32,000 nucleotides of DNA from Faecalibaculum rodentium (GTDB lineage: Bacteria; Bacillota_I; Bacilli_A; Erysipelotrichales; Erysipelotrichaceae): positions 2,220,001-2,252,000 of the forward strand of contig NZ_CP011391.1 in the NCBI RefSeq assembly GCF_001564455.1. Reading direction: 5' to 3'. The position numbers were made by a program, and so were the translations under genes. The notes under the pieces are model-generated. The model saw only the letters and a list, made by a program, of their open reading frames with translations. It was not told where the DNA came from and ran no database searches. Positions within the stretch are counted from its first letter, which is position 1. Each line of letters starts with the position of its first letter. Of the stretch, positions 23,531 through 31,497 are shown in pieces.

Positions 23531-23671
23531 GAATCGTGTCTCCTTTCGGGTCCTGGCAGATTGTGGGAGTGTAATGCGTGAGGGCGGCTGCGTCACAATG
23601 GATCCGGGTCTGTGGCGGGATCTGATGTGTGGCTGGATGCGTTTGTGGCGGGTGCATCCGGTCTGGGCCGC

Positions 23672-23743
23672 CTGTCACTTTCTGTCACCTGTCACTGTAC
23701 CAGATGGCGGTTCACTGGTGGATGCAGATGCAGTGCGTGACAG
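23672..23743. repeat. three direct CTGTCAC heptamers plus one inverted copy upstream of yihY
   Basis: CTGTCAC at 23672, 23682 and 23689. GTGACAG at 23737. An adjacent GATGCAGATGCAG tandem lies at 23721-23733. Confidence 0.5.
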
Positions 23744-23771
23744 GTTGAATTCCGGGTGGATTTTGCAGGGT

Positions 23772-23810
23772 TCAAAAAACCGGATCTCCGTTCTCGGAAA
23801 ATCCGGTTTT
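23772..23810 (-). terminator. rho-independent terminator (bidirectional-looking)
   Basis: AACCGGAT (23778-23785), 15 nt, ATCCGGTT (23801-23808). On the minus strand it is followed by TTTTTGAA. Confidence 0.75.
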
Positions 23811-23889
23811 GCGTCCTGGACGGTTTCATCTGGATCGGATACCGGCTGTCAGCCGCTGCAGCCGTCCTGTGGCTGTCTTCTGCCGGCCG

Positions 23890-24270
23890 CTATTCGTGGT
23901 CGTGGCAGCAGCCGCCCTCGTGGTGTCCGCCGCAGCAGCCGTCGCCGTGGTCGTGGTCATGGCCTTCGCCATGTCCCCCGCAGCACCCGCCGTCACCGTG
24001 TCCGCCGCATCCGCAGACGGTGTTCAGCACAACGAGTTCCCCGTTGACCAGGTCGATCTCCAGGCCATCCACGACATCCCGGGCTTCTTCGGGGATCACG
24101 ATGTTGATGTCATTGACTGTTTCCGGCTGGTCGTCTTCTGTATAGACATCCAGTCCGATCACCGGGCTCTTGCCGCAGCATGTTTCCTGAATCGCGACCC
24201 GCAGTCCGTGGGCACCGGTTTCGTTCAGTGCCTGCTGCAGGACGTCTTTGGCGCTGTCTGTAATTTTCAT
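23890..24270 (-). CDS. small HesB/IscA-like CC-motif protein with Cys/His/Gly/Asp-rich C-terminal tail (126 aa)
   Basis: Start re-picked at MKITDSAKDVLQQAL (SD GGAGG 9 nt upstream). Core GLRVAIQETCCGKSPVIGLDV. Tail VCGCGGHGDGGCCGGHGEGHDHDHGDGCCGGHHEGGCCHDHE. Confidence 0.7.
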   Translation of the reverse strand: MKITDSAKDVLQQALNETGAHGLRVAIQETCCGKSPVIGLDVYTEDDQPETVNDINIVIPEEARDVVDGLEIDLVNGELVVLNTVCGCGGHGDGGCCGGHGEGHDHDHGDGCCGGHHEGGCCHDHE

Positions 24271-24298
24271 ATCAATCGCCTCCGCCGTTATTTTACCA

Positions 24299-24976
24299 TC
24301 ACAGGCACGCACACCATGTCCGGATGAACCTGGCTGTGTTTTCCGCTGCCACTTCCGTGAATTTCTCGAACTCCATGGGGTTGTCGTCATGTCCCGTCAC
24401 ATCCGACAGGGCGCGGACAGCCAGGAAGGGAACCCGGAAGGCATGGGCCACCTGGGCAATGGCTCCGGCTTCCATTTCCGCACAGGCGGCACCCGGCCAG
24501 TGGGAGCGGATGAACGCCACATCCTCGGGACGGGCGACGAACTTGTCCTGGCTGACAACTTCTCCCAGTTCACTCGGGAGCTGGAGTTCGTCCAGGATCT
24601 GTCGGGCGTGGTTCACGAGCCGGATGTCGGGATCGAAGACTTTTCCGAATCCTTCCGGTCCGTCCAGCGGCGAGGTGTCATAGTCACCCTGGATGATCCG
24701 GCTGCTGATCACGAGATCCGTGACTTTCTGCGTATCCCGCAGGCCGCCGGCGACCCCGGCGTTGAGGATATAATCCGGGTCGCAGAGTTCAATGAGCAGC
24801 GTGGCCGCCATTGCCGCCAGGGCCTTGCCCACACCCCCCAGAGCCAGGGTCACGTCTTCCCCCTCTATGGTGCCGGTCCAGAATACGATGCCGGCGGTTT
24901 CCGTGGTGCTTTCAACGTGCATCACGCTTCTGATCGCCGCGGCTTCCGAGTCCATGGCGGTTATGATTCCAATCAT
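24299..24976 (-). CDS. mtnN: 5'-methylthioadenosine/S-adenosylhomocysteine nucleosidase
   Basis: MIGIITAMDSEAAAI, GGVGKALAAMAATLLIE, EMEAGAIAQVAH. Confidence 0.9.
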   Translation of the reverse strand: MIGIITAMDSEAAAIRSVMHVESTTETAGIVFWTGTIEGEDVTLALGGVGKALAAMAATLLIELCDPDYILNAGVAGGLRDTQKVTDLVISSRIIQGDYDTSPLDGPEGFGKVFDPDIRLVNHARQILDELQLPSELGEVVSQDKFVARPEDVAFIRSHWPGAACAEMEAGAIAQVAHAFRVPFLAVRALSDVTGHDDNPMEFEKFTEVAAENTARFIRTWCACL

Positions 24977-25677
24977 GCGGTCTCCTTCTTCCTGCAGATG
25001 TAAAAATACTTTTCCCCCGGCTGCAGCCCCGGCAGGTCGAAGTCCGTCACGACGCTTTCCAGCGTGAACCGTTTCTCCAGTTCCTGCCGGACAAACTCCG
25101 GATCATGGATGTACTGCAGGTGGTGTTCCTGCAGTGTCCTGCCATCCGGAAGATAAAACGCGAAATCCTGATACAGCACATTGTCTTCGCTTTCAATCAG
25201 CCACTGGACCTGGGTGCCGTCCTCAAAGGTCCCTGCTTCGGCATAGCCTTCCCTGAATTCTTCGATCCGGTCCTGGCTGTGCATGTCAAAATACAGGTAT
25301 CCCCCGGGATTCAGGTGAGTCCATGCCTGGTCGAGCCACCGGACAAACCCGGCTTCATCCAGGTAGTTCACGGAATCGCACAGACAGGTGATGACATCAA
25401 AGGTGCCAAATCCCGACAGGTCGGTCATGTCCCCGGTGGACCAGGTGACTTTGTGGTCCGTATCCTTGGCTGCAGCGGCTTCAATCATGGCCGGCGAGAG
25501 GTCCATTCCCTGGACATCTTCATACTTCTCTGCCAGCTGTCTGGTGATTTCCCCGGAACCGCAGGCACAGTCCAGCAGGGTGCTGCCGGCGCTGCCGATC
25601 CAGTGCACCCAGTGCCTGGTGGCTTCGTCGTCCTTGACCAGCGCATCGTAGTACCGGGCCAGAATGTCGTAGTTCAT
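24973..25677 (-). CDS. class I SAM-dependent methyltransferase (YqeM position)
   Basis: LLDCACGSGEITRQLAEKYEDVQGMDLSPAMIEAA (motif I and post-I). ATGA overlaps on both sides. Confidence 0.85.
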   Translation of the reverse strand: MNYDILARYYDALVKDDEATRHWVHWIGSAGSTLLDCACGSGEITRQLAEKYEDVQGMDLSPAMIEAAAAKDTDHKVTWSTGDMTDLSGFGTFDVITCLCDSVNYLDEAGFVRWLDQAWTHLNPGGYLYFDMHSQDRIEEFREGYAEAGTFEDGTQVQWLIESEDNVLYQDFAFYLPDGRTLQEHHLQYIHDPEFVRQELEKRFTLESVVTDFDLPGLQPGEKYFYICRKKETA

Positions 25678-26045
25678 GCCCCGGGTTCTTCGCCGGTGGA
25701 GTCCGCTTCTTCGGTGCGGTCAATGAATACATCCCGGTACAGCTTGTCCAGGCCATAGAAGTCCCGTTCATCCTGCACGAAGACATTCACCACGACATCC
25801 TTGAGATCCACCAGGATCCACTTCGAGTCCTGGCGTCCTTCCACACGCATGTCGCACTCCAGGCCTTCTTCCTTCAGCTTGTCCTTGATGCTCTGCACCA
25901 CGGCATTGTTCTGCCGCAGGTTCTGTGTGCTGCAGACAATCATGGTATCCATGAACGGAGAGAGGGTCTTCATGTCATAGACACGGATGTCCGTGCCTTT
26001 TTTGTCTTCAATGGCGTCGATCACGACGCGGGTCAGTTGGTCCAT
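25674..26045 (-). CDS. rsfS: ribosome silencing factor
   Basis: Start re-picked at MDQLTRVVIDAIEDKKGTDIRVYDM. MIVCSTQNLRQNNAV..., WILVDLKDVVVNVF, and ERDFYGLDKLY. Confidence 0.9.
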   Translation of the reverse strand: MDQLTRVVIDAIEDKKGTDIRVYDMKTLSPFMDTMIVCSTQNLRQNNAVVQSIKDKLKEEGLECDMRVEGRQDSKWILVDLKDVVVNVFVQDERDFYGLDKLYRDVFIDRTEEADSTGEEPGA

Positions 26046-27163
26046 ACTGCATCCTTCCTGTGGGCATCCACGTATTCCCGGTTGGATGCCCTGCATTTTT
26101 CAAAACCGGCTTTCAGATCCCGCCGGCACAAATCGATGAGGTCATAGCTGTCATATCCCCGCAGGGGGTCCAGTTTGTCGGCACAGAACACACACATGGC
26201 CAAAGGATCGTCGCTGGTTCCCTTGACGTGGTGGAAAATGGCATTGGAGATCCTCGGATCATGGATCCCGAAGACCCGGTCCGTCACCTGTGCCCCCACA
26301 TAGCTGTGCCACGCAGCTGGATGCATGGTAAGTTCCTCCGGGCAGACCGCTTCAAGCCATGGCCGCATGCGGTCCACCGGCATGGCCTTGCAGACATCAT
26401 GAAAGAGACCTGTGAGCCAGGCCTGCTGTCCATCGAGTCCCGCTGCCAGGGCGAATTCCTCCGTGAGCCTTGCCACGGACAGACTGTGCATATACCGCCG
26501 GTCGGGGACGCGGCTTTTCACAAAGTCCTTGCAGTAGAGCCGGTTCGCATAGAAATAGTCCAGGAGCTCCTGCGGAACGTAGTTCAGCCGGTTTCCCGTC
26601 CGGATTTCGGTGCTCGACACCGGGACCGGATCCATGTGGATGAAGTGAATGGGATACTTCGTCTTCACGTTTCTGCCATCCCGGGCCACCGCCGCGAATT
26701 TTACCAGCCGTGCCAGCGCATCCGCTTCCTTCCATTTGTGGAACTGCTCCACCTGGTCATTGCCGACCAGGAACGTAAAGTCACAGTCCGGGTACTGTTT
26801 CTTCAGGTACCGGACTGTATCAATGGTAAAGGACTCCCCTTCCCGCTCCAGCTCACAGGTTTCCACCCGCATCTGCGGTTCGTTTTTCAGGGCAATCTCC
26901 AGCATGGCCTTCCGGTGCTCTCCCGGGGTCAGCTGCCGGCTCTTGAGCGGCGCCTGTCTGGCGGGAATGAACCACACTTCATCTGCCTCCAGCTGGTCAA
27001 GGGCCGCATGGGCCATGGCCAGGTGCCCGGCATGCACCGGATCGAAGGATCCTCCCAGAAGCACAACCCGCCGGCGGGTGTCAGCCACATCCGGCACCCG
27101 GCTGACAACAGACCGGGAGGGAATGGCATCCACGTGCACGGGGCTCTCTGTCGCCTGACTCAC
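26033..27163 (-). CDS. nadD: fused nicotinate-nucleotide adenylyltransferase (NadD) and YqeK HD-domain phosphohydrolase
   Basis: GTG start. The N-terminal half has VVLLGGSFDPVHAGHLAMA ... VSSTEIR. The C-terminal half has RYMHSLSVARLTEEFA...GLFHDVCK...FHHVKG (HD domain). It is a single uninterrupted 376-aa ORF. Confidence 0.9.
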   Translation of the reverse strand: MSQATESPVHVDAIPSRSVVSRVPDVADTRRRVVLLGGSFDPVHAGHLAMAHAALDQLEADEVWFIPARQAPLKSRQLTPGEHRKAMLEIALKNEPQMRVETCELEREGESFTIDTVRYLKKQYPDCDFTFLVGNDQVEQFHKWKEADALARLVKFAAVARDGRNVKTKYPIHFIHMDPVPVSSTEIRTGNRLNYVPQELLDYFYANRLYCKDFVKSRVPDRRYMHSLSVARLTEEFALAAGLDGQQAWLTGLFHDVCKAMPVDRMRPWLEAVCPEELTMHPAAWHSYVGAQVTDRVFGIHDPRISNAIFHHVKGTSDDPLAMCVFCADKLDPLRGYDSYDLIDLCRRDLKAGFEKCRASNREYVDAHRKDAVWTN

Positions 27164-27453
27164 AGCCGGACGCCCAGTTTGTTTTCCTTCGTGGGCCGGT
27201 ACAGCAGGACTGTCCGCCCGATGATGTGAACCACATTGGCCCCCGTTGCAGCCGCCAGGTCAATGGCGGCTTCGCGGGCATCCAGCGGTGCGGTTTTCAG
27301 CAGGTTGATTTTCACGAGTTCATGGGCATCGAGCTGGATGTCCAGGTTTTTCACGGTATTTTCACTCAGTCCGTCCTTGCCGACCTGCAGCAGGGCAGGC
27401 ATGCCCTGACCCAGGGTACGGAGTGTCTTCTTTTGAGATGCATTCAGAATCAT
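27160..27453 (-). CDS. yhbY: YhbY/YqeI-type CRM-domain RNA-binding ribosome assembly protein
   Basis: Start re-picked at MILNASQKKTLRTLGQGMPALLQVGKDGLSENTVKNLD. ELVKINLL, and IGRTVLLYRP. Confidence 0.85.
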   Translation of the reverse strand: MILNASQKKTLRTLGQGMPALLQVGKDGLSENTVKNLDIQLDAHELVKINLLKTAPLDAREAAIDLAAATGANVVHIIGRTVLLYRPTKENKLGVRL

Positions 27454-28535
27454 CAGATCATCGCCTTTCGAAACGTCACGTCCACGCCCTTGTGGACCTT
27501 TACATAGATGTCCCTGACATCTCCGGATACGGTAAACCATCCGATCCCGGCGATGTCCACATCCATTTTTTCACCCGGTTGCAGCTTCGGGGCATGCCAG
27601 GTGTGCATTGTCAGCAGACTGGTGTCGGCCGCCGGAGAGAGCATCCCGTTGAGGTGCCTGGTCCACAGTTCATCGGCTTTCGCCAGCTTGCCCCGGTGAA
27701 TGGGCAGGTTCCGCGAGAAGTTGCCCACCACGGTGGCTTTTCCGTCTGTCTGGATATCGAGCCGGGCCAGGCCACCGGCCGCAAAGGACTGGTCTTCGTA
27801 GATCTGCGACACAAAGGGGCGGATGGGCTTGGTGGGAATCACGGTCTTGAGTTCCTTCGCGGGCAGCACCGAGAGCAGACTGTGGTGGTTTTCGATGCCC
27901 GGGGTATCGTAAATCGTCCAGCCGTCCTGTTCGATCGGAATGAGATCCAGTGTGGTGCCGGGGTTGCGGGACACCGTGAGCTCCCCCGAATGGAGCAGCT
28001 GGTTGATCAGCGTGCTCTTTCCGGCATTGGCGGTTCCCATGAAGATGACATTGCCGCCCTTCCGGTAATAGTCCATGGCCGCTTTCAGGTTCTCGATGGA
28101 TTCCTGTGCCATTTCCCCGTGTTTGAGCAGCCCGCCGACGATGAGCATGTCCCTGACTTCGATGCCTTCGTCCTTCAGCCGGCGGTCCACAAATTCGTAG
28201 ATCTTGTCATCCGACAGGGACTCCGGCAGGATGTCGCGTTTGGTGAGCACCAGGACAATGTCCTTGCCGGGAAGCTTTTTGTTCAGGCGGGAAATCATGT
28301 TGGATTCAAAGGCAAACAGGTCCACCACCCAGAACACCGTTCCGTCCACTTCATTGATTTTGTCCAGGGTCTTCGAGGACTCGATTCCCTGCTTCATGTC
28401 AATGGTGACATCCCCGTAGTTGCGGATGCGGAAACACCGCTGGCAATAGGAGGCGTCCAGTTTCGGGACGTATCCCAGAGCATCGGGATCTTCGTTCTGC
28501 AGCTGCACGCCGCATCCCTTGCAGTATTCAGTCAT
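27453..28535 (-). CDS. yqeH: ribosome biogenesis GTPase YqeH (circularly permuted)
   Basis: Start re-picked at MTEYCKGCGVQLQNEDP..SYCQRCFRIRNYG (zinc finger, SD AGGAGG). The G4-G1-G3 order is LTKRD ... GTANAGKSTLIN ... DTPG. Confidence 0.9.
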   Translation of the reverse strand: MTEYCKGCGVQLQNEDPDALGYVPKLDASYCQRCFRIRNYGDVTIDMKQGIESSKTLDKINEVDGTVFWVVDLFAFESNMISRLNKKLPGKDIVLVLTKRDILPESLSDDKIYEFVDRRLKDEGIEVRDMLIVGGLLKHGEMAQESIENLKAAMDYYRKGGNVIFMGTANAGKSTLINQLLHSGELTVSRNPGTTLDLIPIEQDGWTIYDTPGIENHHSLLSVLPAKELKTVIPTKPIRPFVSQIYEDQSFAAGGLARLDIQTDGKATVVGNFSRNLPIHRGKLAKADELWTRHLNGMLSPAADTSLLTMHTWHAPKLQPGEKMDVDIAGIGWFTVSGDVRDIYVKVHKGVDVTFRKAMI

Positions 28536-29079
28536 CGAATTCCCTCCTTTTGAACACGCCTTTTTTCTCGTAGTGATCCAGGATCCGGTTCTCGAAAAAC
28601 CGGTTGATCTGTGTATCGAATTTATCGCTCTCCGTGATGGGGTGCGTGAGGATCGAATACACCCCCGCCAGGTTGGCTCCCAGGACATCAGTCATGAGCT
28701 GGTCCCCGAGCAGTGCGGTTTCTTCCGGCTTGACGTGGTAGAAGCGCATGGCTTTTTTCAGGTTGCGGGGCAGCGGCTTGCAGGACAGGCAGAACACTTT
28801 TTCCACCCCCAGGTCCCGGGCAAAGCGGCTGGCGCGTTTGGGCATGGCGTTGGAGACCAGCGCCACTTTGAGCCCGGCCCGTTTCACTTTGCTGATGAAG
28901 CGCTTCACGCGGACGTTGTTGTCCGGGTCGTTCCAGGCCACGAGGGTATTGTCGATGTCGCACAAAAGCAGCTTGATGCCCCGGCGTTTAAGTCTGTCGA
29001 GGTCAAGATTCGAATAATGGGAAATGTAATAGTCTGGTCGAAAAAGCACGGGATTTCCTCCCTCCGGCATTAGTTTCAT
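28528..29079 (-). CDS. yqeG: YqeG-family HAD-IIIA phosphatase
   Basis: GIKLLLCDIDNTLVAWN, VSNA, and LGDQLMTDVLGAN. Confidence 0.85.
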   Translation of the reverse strand: MKLMPEGGNPVLFRPDYYISHYSNLDLDRLKRRGIKLLLCDIDNTLVAWNDPDNNVRVKRFISKVKRAGLKVALVSNAMPKRASRFARDLGVEKVFCLSCKPLPRNLKKAMRFYHVKPEETALLGDQLMTDVLGANLAGVYSILTHPITESDKFDTQINRFFENRILDHYEKKGVFKRREFDD

Positions 29080-29536
29080 TTTACGTTTCGCACCAGAAAT
29101 TGTACAGCCGGCCGTCCTGCCGGGCCCTGCTATGCGCCGCTGTCAGGTGGGGGGCTCCCGATGGGGCACGGACAGCGCAGGCCCCATGCAGGGGACGGGC
29201 ACAGAAGGCACAATCGTTTGCATCTGATCTGGCGGCGAGGTTCACACTCGCTGCCAAATGGGTCAGGAATCTCCTTTTCATGCCGCCTGAAACTGGGGGC
29301 GGGCAGGAAGTTCTCTATCGGTGTGAACGCCAAATGCAATATATAGGCATTTTAATCAAATTCACCAGCCAGAGTTGACTGTTTAGCCCTTATCTTGTTA
29401 TCTTGTTGTTACCCAAGGCGCCGCTACAGAGAGTATAGACCGGAAACTGTGCTTCATTGCCATGACCGGCTGCTTCCACATCACAGATCTGATCCGGTCC
29501 GCACTCATTGTGAAATGAACGACAGGAGTGACAGAC

Positions 29537-30460
29537 ATGATTGACGAATTGAACATCTACGACAGTTCCTTCAAGAAGGTCATCCAGATCGCCGATCTGG
29601 CGGCGTTTCTCATCAAACAGCTTCACCCGGATTTTCACGCTCTTGATGTGGAAGACATCGTGGACAGCTTTCACCGCGATTCCCGTCGCGTGATCACCCT
29701 TCGAAACACAGAATTCAGCTTCGGCGGCCATATCCTGCACGCCGACTCTCTGGGATCCGCGAATCTTGTTGGACTGGACTCCATCCCCGTCTCCAGGTTT
29801 CTGATTCATTATGAAATGCAGCTGGAAAAACATCCGGGATATTCCATGACTGCAAGACAGAATGTCTATGCCCATGGAATTCTTGATACATTCAAGCCGG
29901 TGAAACGATACGAAGAGCGACCGCAGCTGCTCTCCATCTGGTTCTTTCCCCGAATGGGAAAAGTGATTGACCAGCCACCGCGGGTCATTCCCGGATCTGC
30001 CGGTGACGGCATTCTGCAGGCATTCTTCGAGAATCCCGGAGAATGGTATACTGAAAAAAACAGAGAGTATATGAAACAGCTGGTCAATCAGCCTGTTGCG
30101 ACAATCCTGGGCGTCGAATTTGGCATTCCCCCGGAGAACGCCACAGATCTGCAGAAGGTTCTGTACAACGTCTTTCTGCTCCCGCACGAAGAGCGGGACT
30201 ATGCCTACCTGGAAAGCCAGGGCATCCATTTAAACAAGAAGGAAAGAGAGGATATCAAAATTATGCAAAAGGAAAACAACATTTTCTACGCTGATGGCAA
30301 AGATGCAGGACGTGCCGAGGGTATGATCGAAGGTCGTGCCGAAGGTATGATGGAAGGTCGTGCTGAAGGCAAACAGGAGGTTCTGAATCTTCTGAAATCC
30401 ATCGACAGAAGCGCCTACGAAAAACTTGCTTCTCAACTTCAGTCTCAGTCTTCCAAATAA
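29537..30460 (+). CDS. Rpn/YhgA-like PD-(D/E)XK recombination-promoting nuclease / putative transposase
   Basis: ATG 29537 after GGAG. DSSFKKV, a nuclease-core-like FLIHYEMQ, and C-terminal GRAEGMIEGRAEGMMEGRAEGKQE triple repeats typical of the family. Confidence 0.75.
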   Translation: MIDELNIYDSSFKKVIQIADLAAFLIKQLHPDFHALDVEDIVDSFHRDSRRVITLRNTEFSFGGHILHADSLGSANLVGLDSIPVSRFLIHYEMQLEKHPGYSMTARQNVYAHGILDTFKPVKRYEERPQLLSIWFFPRMGKVIDQPPRVIPGSAGDGILQAFFENPGEWYTEKNREYMKQLVNQPVATILGVEFGIPPENATDLQKVLYNVFLLPHEERDYAYLESQGIHLNKKEREDIKIMQKENNIFYADGKDAGRAEGMIEGRAEGMMEGRAEGKQEVLNLLKSIDRSAYEKLASQLQSQSSK

Positions 30461-30465
30461 TCAAA

Positions 30466-30495
30466 AGCTGCCCTTGTTCGGCGGGCAGCTTTTTC
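30466..30495 (+). terminator. rho-independent terminator of the Rpn-like gene
   Basis: AGCTGCCC-TTGTTCGGC-GGGCAGCT-TTTTC. Confidence 0.8.
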
Positions 30496-30591
30496 ATCCC
30501 ATCGCAATCTTTTCTCCCGTGGCACTGTTTCCCGGCTTCCGGCACTATCTGCAACAGTACTCCACCCCTGCATTTCGCCGTTTCAGAATGT

Positions 30592-31497
30592 TCAGCTCTG
30601 CTGATCATTCTGAATGGGCGAAATGGGCGGTTTCGGCGGAATGAACGGAAGCAGTCGTCTCCACCAGCTGTGTCTGCTGTCTGCTCCCAGGAAATCCCGG
30701 ACCAGTTTTCCCTTCTCATATCCCTGGTCCCAGAGCTCCTGCACACCTGCCGTTCCCCGACTCAGGGCCTGCACGCCATGATCATCGTCGGCGTAGATGG
30801 ACAACAGCTTCCCCTCAGCTTCCAGCTGCCTGACCAGAGCCACGGCCTCGTTGTACCGGATCACATTTTCCCGCAGCGCTTTTGCCGCCCCCGGATACTT
30901 CCAGTCAAAGAGCAGCGCCGCACTGTAAAACTTTTCCAGATCCGCTTCCTCCTGCAATGGGTAGGTGGACAGAACCACGATTTTGTCCGCCCCCTGCTCC
31001 AGGGCCTTCTTCACCGGGACCAGGTCGGCAATGCCGCCATCCAGGTACGGAATGTTGCCCACCAGATGCGGCGGACACGCCGGAGGCAGGCTGCTGGAGG
31101 CTTTCAGTATCTCCAGACCGTGTTTTTCCAGCATCCGTTTTGTGAAGTAGGCAGGATCCCCCGTGAAGGCATTGGTCGCCACAACCGTCAGACTGCTGTC
31201 GGCATCCAGAGCTTTGGTCAGCTTTTCGGAATCATTGTAGATTCGGTCAAAATCCACATAGGATCCCTTGGTGATGAAGTTGCTGAAGGAAAACACCTTT
31301 TTGCGCGCCTCGGGGTCCAGATAGAATGACCGGGAAGCCTCCATATCACCGGTGAGAAAATTCACAAGATTGGCGGCACCGGCGGATACCCCGTAACAGA
31401 GGTCGAAGGATATATGCTCATCCTGCAGACAGGCCAGGACTCCCGCAGCAAACGCCGCCTGCATCCCACCGCCCACATCAATGATGGCGGTCTTCAA
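30592..31497 (-). CDS. patatin-like phospholipase family protein
   Basis: IIDVGGGMQAAFAAGVL (oxyanion GGG), GVSAGAAN (GxSxG), and YLDGG (DG dyad). Confidence 0.85.
   Translation of the reverse strand: MKTAIIDVGGGMQAAFAAGVLACLQDEHISFDLCYGVSAGAANLVNFLTGDMEASRSFYLDPEARKKVFSFSNFITKGSYVDFDRIYNDSEKLTKALDADSSLTVVATNAFTGDPAYFTKRMLEKHGLEILKASSSLPPACPPHLVGNIPYLDGGIADLVPVKKALEQGADKIVVLSTYPLQEEADLEKFYSAALLFDWKYPGAAKALRENVIRYNEAVALVRQLEAEGKLLSIYADDDHGVQALSRGTAGVQELWDQGYEKGKLVRDFLGADSRHSWWRRLLPFIPPKPPISPIQNDQQS

Noticed and set aside
22547-23581. 344-aa Asp/Glu/Gly-rich plus-strand ORF
   Set aside because: Antisense to the YihY membrane protein. The acidic low-complexity sequence is the mirror of hydrophobic TM codons.
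26060-28553. 389-aa and 376-aa plus-strand ORFs opposite nadD::yqeK and yqeH
   Set aside because: Antisense to well-supported genes of a conserved operon, with low-complexity basic composition.
29205-29260. TPP riboswitch (CTGATCTGG box)
   Set aside because: Only one short box matches. The CTGAGA and GGGGTGC/ACCC elements and the pairing architecture were not found.
29081-29281. 66-aa minus-strand ORF (MKRRFLTHLAAS...) upstream of yqeG
   Set aside because: It has a weak SD and an Ala/Arg-rich composition expected from random GC-rich sequence. It overlaps the hairpin-dense block.
29390-30229. 279-aa minus-strand ORF
   Set aside because: Antisense to the Rpn-like gene, which has the family's nuclease-core-like EMQ motif and C-terminal GRAEG repeats. 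The antisense product has no recognisable features.
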